This document shows positions 7,331 through 8,738 of a stretch of 8,738 nucleotides of DNA, piece by piece. Position 1 is the first letter of the stretch. Each line of letters begins with the position of its first letter. A program made the position numbers and the translations under genes. A model generated the notes under the pieces. It saw only the letters and a program-made list of their open reading frames with translations. It had not been told where the DNA came from and did no database searches. The stretch lies in the NCBI RefSeq assembly GCF_006345805.1, contig NW_021828336.1:1-8738 (forward strand). The letters run 5' to 3'. Source of the stretch: Octopus sinensis (taxonomy: Eukaryota).

Positions 7331-7781
7331 AGAGACTTCAAACTTGAAATCTTCAAAGCCACAGTAGAACCAATTCTACTATATGGCTCAGAAACCTGGA
7401 CGTTATCAAAGAAGCTTGAGAGGCGGTTGGATGGAACCTACACTCGCCTCCTTATGAGAGCTCAAAATCTCTCGTGGAAACATCATCCAACCATAATGCA
7501 AATATATGGGAAACTACCACCTGTGTCATTTCTTGTGAAAGGTAGGAGAGTCCAGTTTGCTGGACATTGTTGTAGAGCTGAAAAAGAGGTAATTTCTACT
7601 CTTCCCTCTGGAAGTCATCTACTCGCAATACCAGAGGGCGCACACTCTCCTACCCTGATGTAATCTCCAGGGATTCAGGCATCCAGCAACAGGACCTCCG
7701 TAATGCCATGATGGACCGTGAAGTCTGGCGTAGCATGGTAAATTCCATTGTCTCGACCACGGTCGAACAATGATGATGATG
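7331..7781 (+). mobile_element. 5'-truncated RTE-clade non-LTR retrotransposon (C-terminal end of the RT-bearing ORF plus (TGA)n tail), flanked by 10-bp TSD
   Basis: Translation gives RDFKLEIFKATVEPILLYGSETWTLSKKLERRLDGTYTRLLMRAQNLSWKHHP...RRVQFAGHCCRA. After a 1-bp deletion at ~7604-7606 it continues LWKSSTRNTRGRTLSYPDVISRDSGIQQQDLRNAMMDREVWRSMV...EQ* (stop 7771-7773). ATGGTGTGGT is duplicated at 7321-7330 and 7782-7791. Confidence 0.93.
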
Positions 7782-8053
7782 ATGGTGTGGTTGCCAAATT
7801 TGTAGAAAATATTTGGAATCTTTCTAAGAAAAACCTGTCATGGACTCCAGCTCTGAATCCACTTTCTTACAAGATTCCTATCATCGTACAAGTCAAACCT
7901 GATCAGTTTATACTCCAAATGTAGCTTTTGCGGTTCTGCGTTCAAGCCCCAGTTTGTGCCGAAGCGGACCCTTTAGGCATCATCTGCAACTGACGTGGAC
8001 ATCACTTCCGTAAATCTTCGCTCGCTCGCGAAGGCATCGTTACACATAAGCAT

Positions 8054-8098
8054 ACACACACACACACACACACACACAAATACATACACACACACACA
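8054..8098. repeat. (CA)n microsatellite, interrupted
   Basis: Direct reading. Confidence 0.95.
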
Positions 8099-8109
8099 TT
8101 CGTTACTAC

Positions 8110-8286
8110 TTCAGGTACAAGGCCTGAATATTTCTGTTATGGGGATAATCGATTACATTAACTGGTGCTTATTTTATCGAGCTTCAAAGTTATGAAGGGC
8201 AAAGTCGATGTCGGCGGAATTTGAACTCAGAACGTCGTGACGGGCGAAATACTGCAAAACATTTTACTCGGTGTATTAACGATTCT
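8110..8286 (-). mobile_element. SINE family 2, diverged copy with tail type 1
   Basis: ggtacaaggcctgaatattt tail, actggtgcttattttatcga core, ggcggaatttgaactcagaacg B-box region, ending at aacgattct. Confidence 0.85.
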
Positions 8287-8738
8287 TATTTCTTTACTGC
8301 CCACAAGGGGCCACACATAGAGGGGACAAACAAGGATAGACAAACGGATTAAGTCGATTATATCGACGCCAGTGTGTAACTGGTACTTATTTAATCGACC
8401 CGGAAAGGATGAAAGGCAAAGTCAACCTCGGGGGAATTTGAACTCAGAATGTAGCGGCAGATGGAATACCTATTTCTTTACTACCCACAAGGGCTAAACA
8501 CAGAGAGGACAAACAAGGACTGACAAGCGGATTAAGTCGATTATATCGACCCCAGTGCGTAACTGGTACTTATTTAATCGACCCCGAAAGGATGAAAGGC
8601 AAAGTCGACCTCGGCGAATTTGAACTCAGAACGTAAAGCAGACGAAATGGCTATTTCTTTACTGCCCACAAGGGCTACATAGAGGGGACAAACAAGGATA
8701 GACAAACGGATTAAGTCGATTATATCGACGCCAGTGTG
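8287..8738 (-). repeat. Head-to-tail tandem array of SINE family 2 units with tail type 2 (184 bp, 181 bp, third unit cut by window end)
   Basis: Units start with tatttcttta at 8287, 8471 and 8652. Each complete unit keeps the B-box (GAGTTCAAATT on the - strand) but lacks the A-box portion. Confidence 0.93.

Noticed and set aside
7226-7663. 145-aa ORF as a host gene
   Set aside because: It is a chimera: about 35 aa from the flank, the RTE C-terminal fragment, and an out-of-frame end after the deletion.
8560-8612. HDV-like ribozyme in the SINE sense strand (gtcgac/gtcgat P1 with G-U, UCCU-like loop)
   Set aside because: The P1.1 GG after P1, a proper P3 and the J4/2 catalytic C motif are missing.
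8287-8738. CRISPR-like array
   Set aside because: The units are ~180-bp whole repeats with no unique spacers, in a eukaryotic SINE context.

Overview
AT-rich, repeat-dense eukaryotic DNA with no intact host gene that I can support. The interspersed repeats match, from memory and without a database search, the tRNA-derived SINEs of octopus (OK/OR class), so this is probably an Octopus genome. Contents: (1) one near full-length SINE at 365-755 (+); (2) about nine copies or fragments of a second SINE family, mostly on the - strand, including a head-to-tail array at 8287-8738; (3) a 5'-truncated RTE-clade LINE at 7331-7781 with a clean 10-bp target-site duplication and one frameshift; (4) a possible RTE 5'-UTR remnant at 2330-2443; (5) many microsatellites, including a ~1.1 kb (GAT)n tract with higher-order structure. 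Apart from 7226..7663, the listed ORFs are microsatellite or repeat artefacts. The most interesting item is a minimal hammerhead-ribozyme-like fold on the - strand at 6918-6953. It has a palindromic stem III of the type known from Penelope-like elements and an atypical catalytic core.
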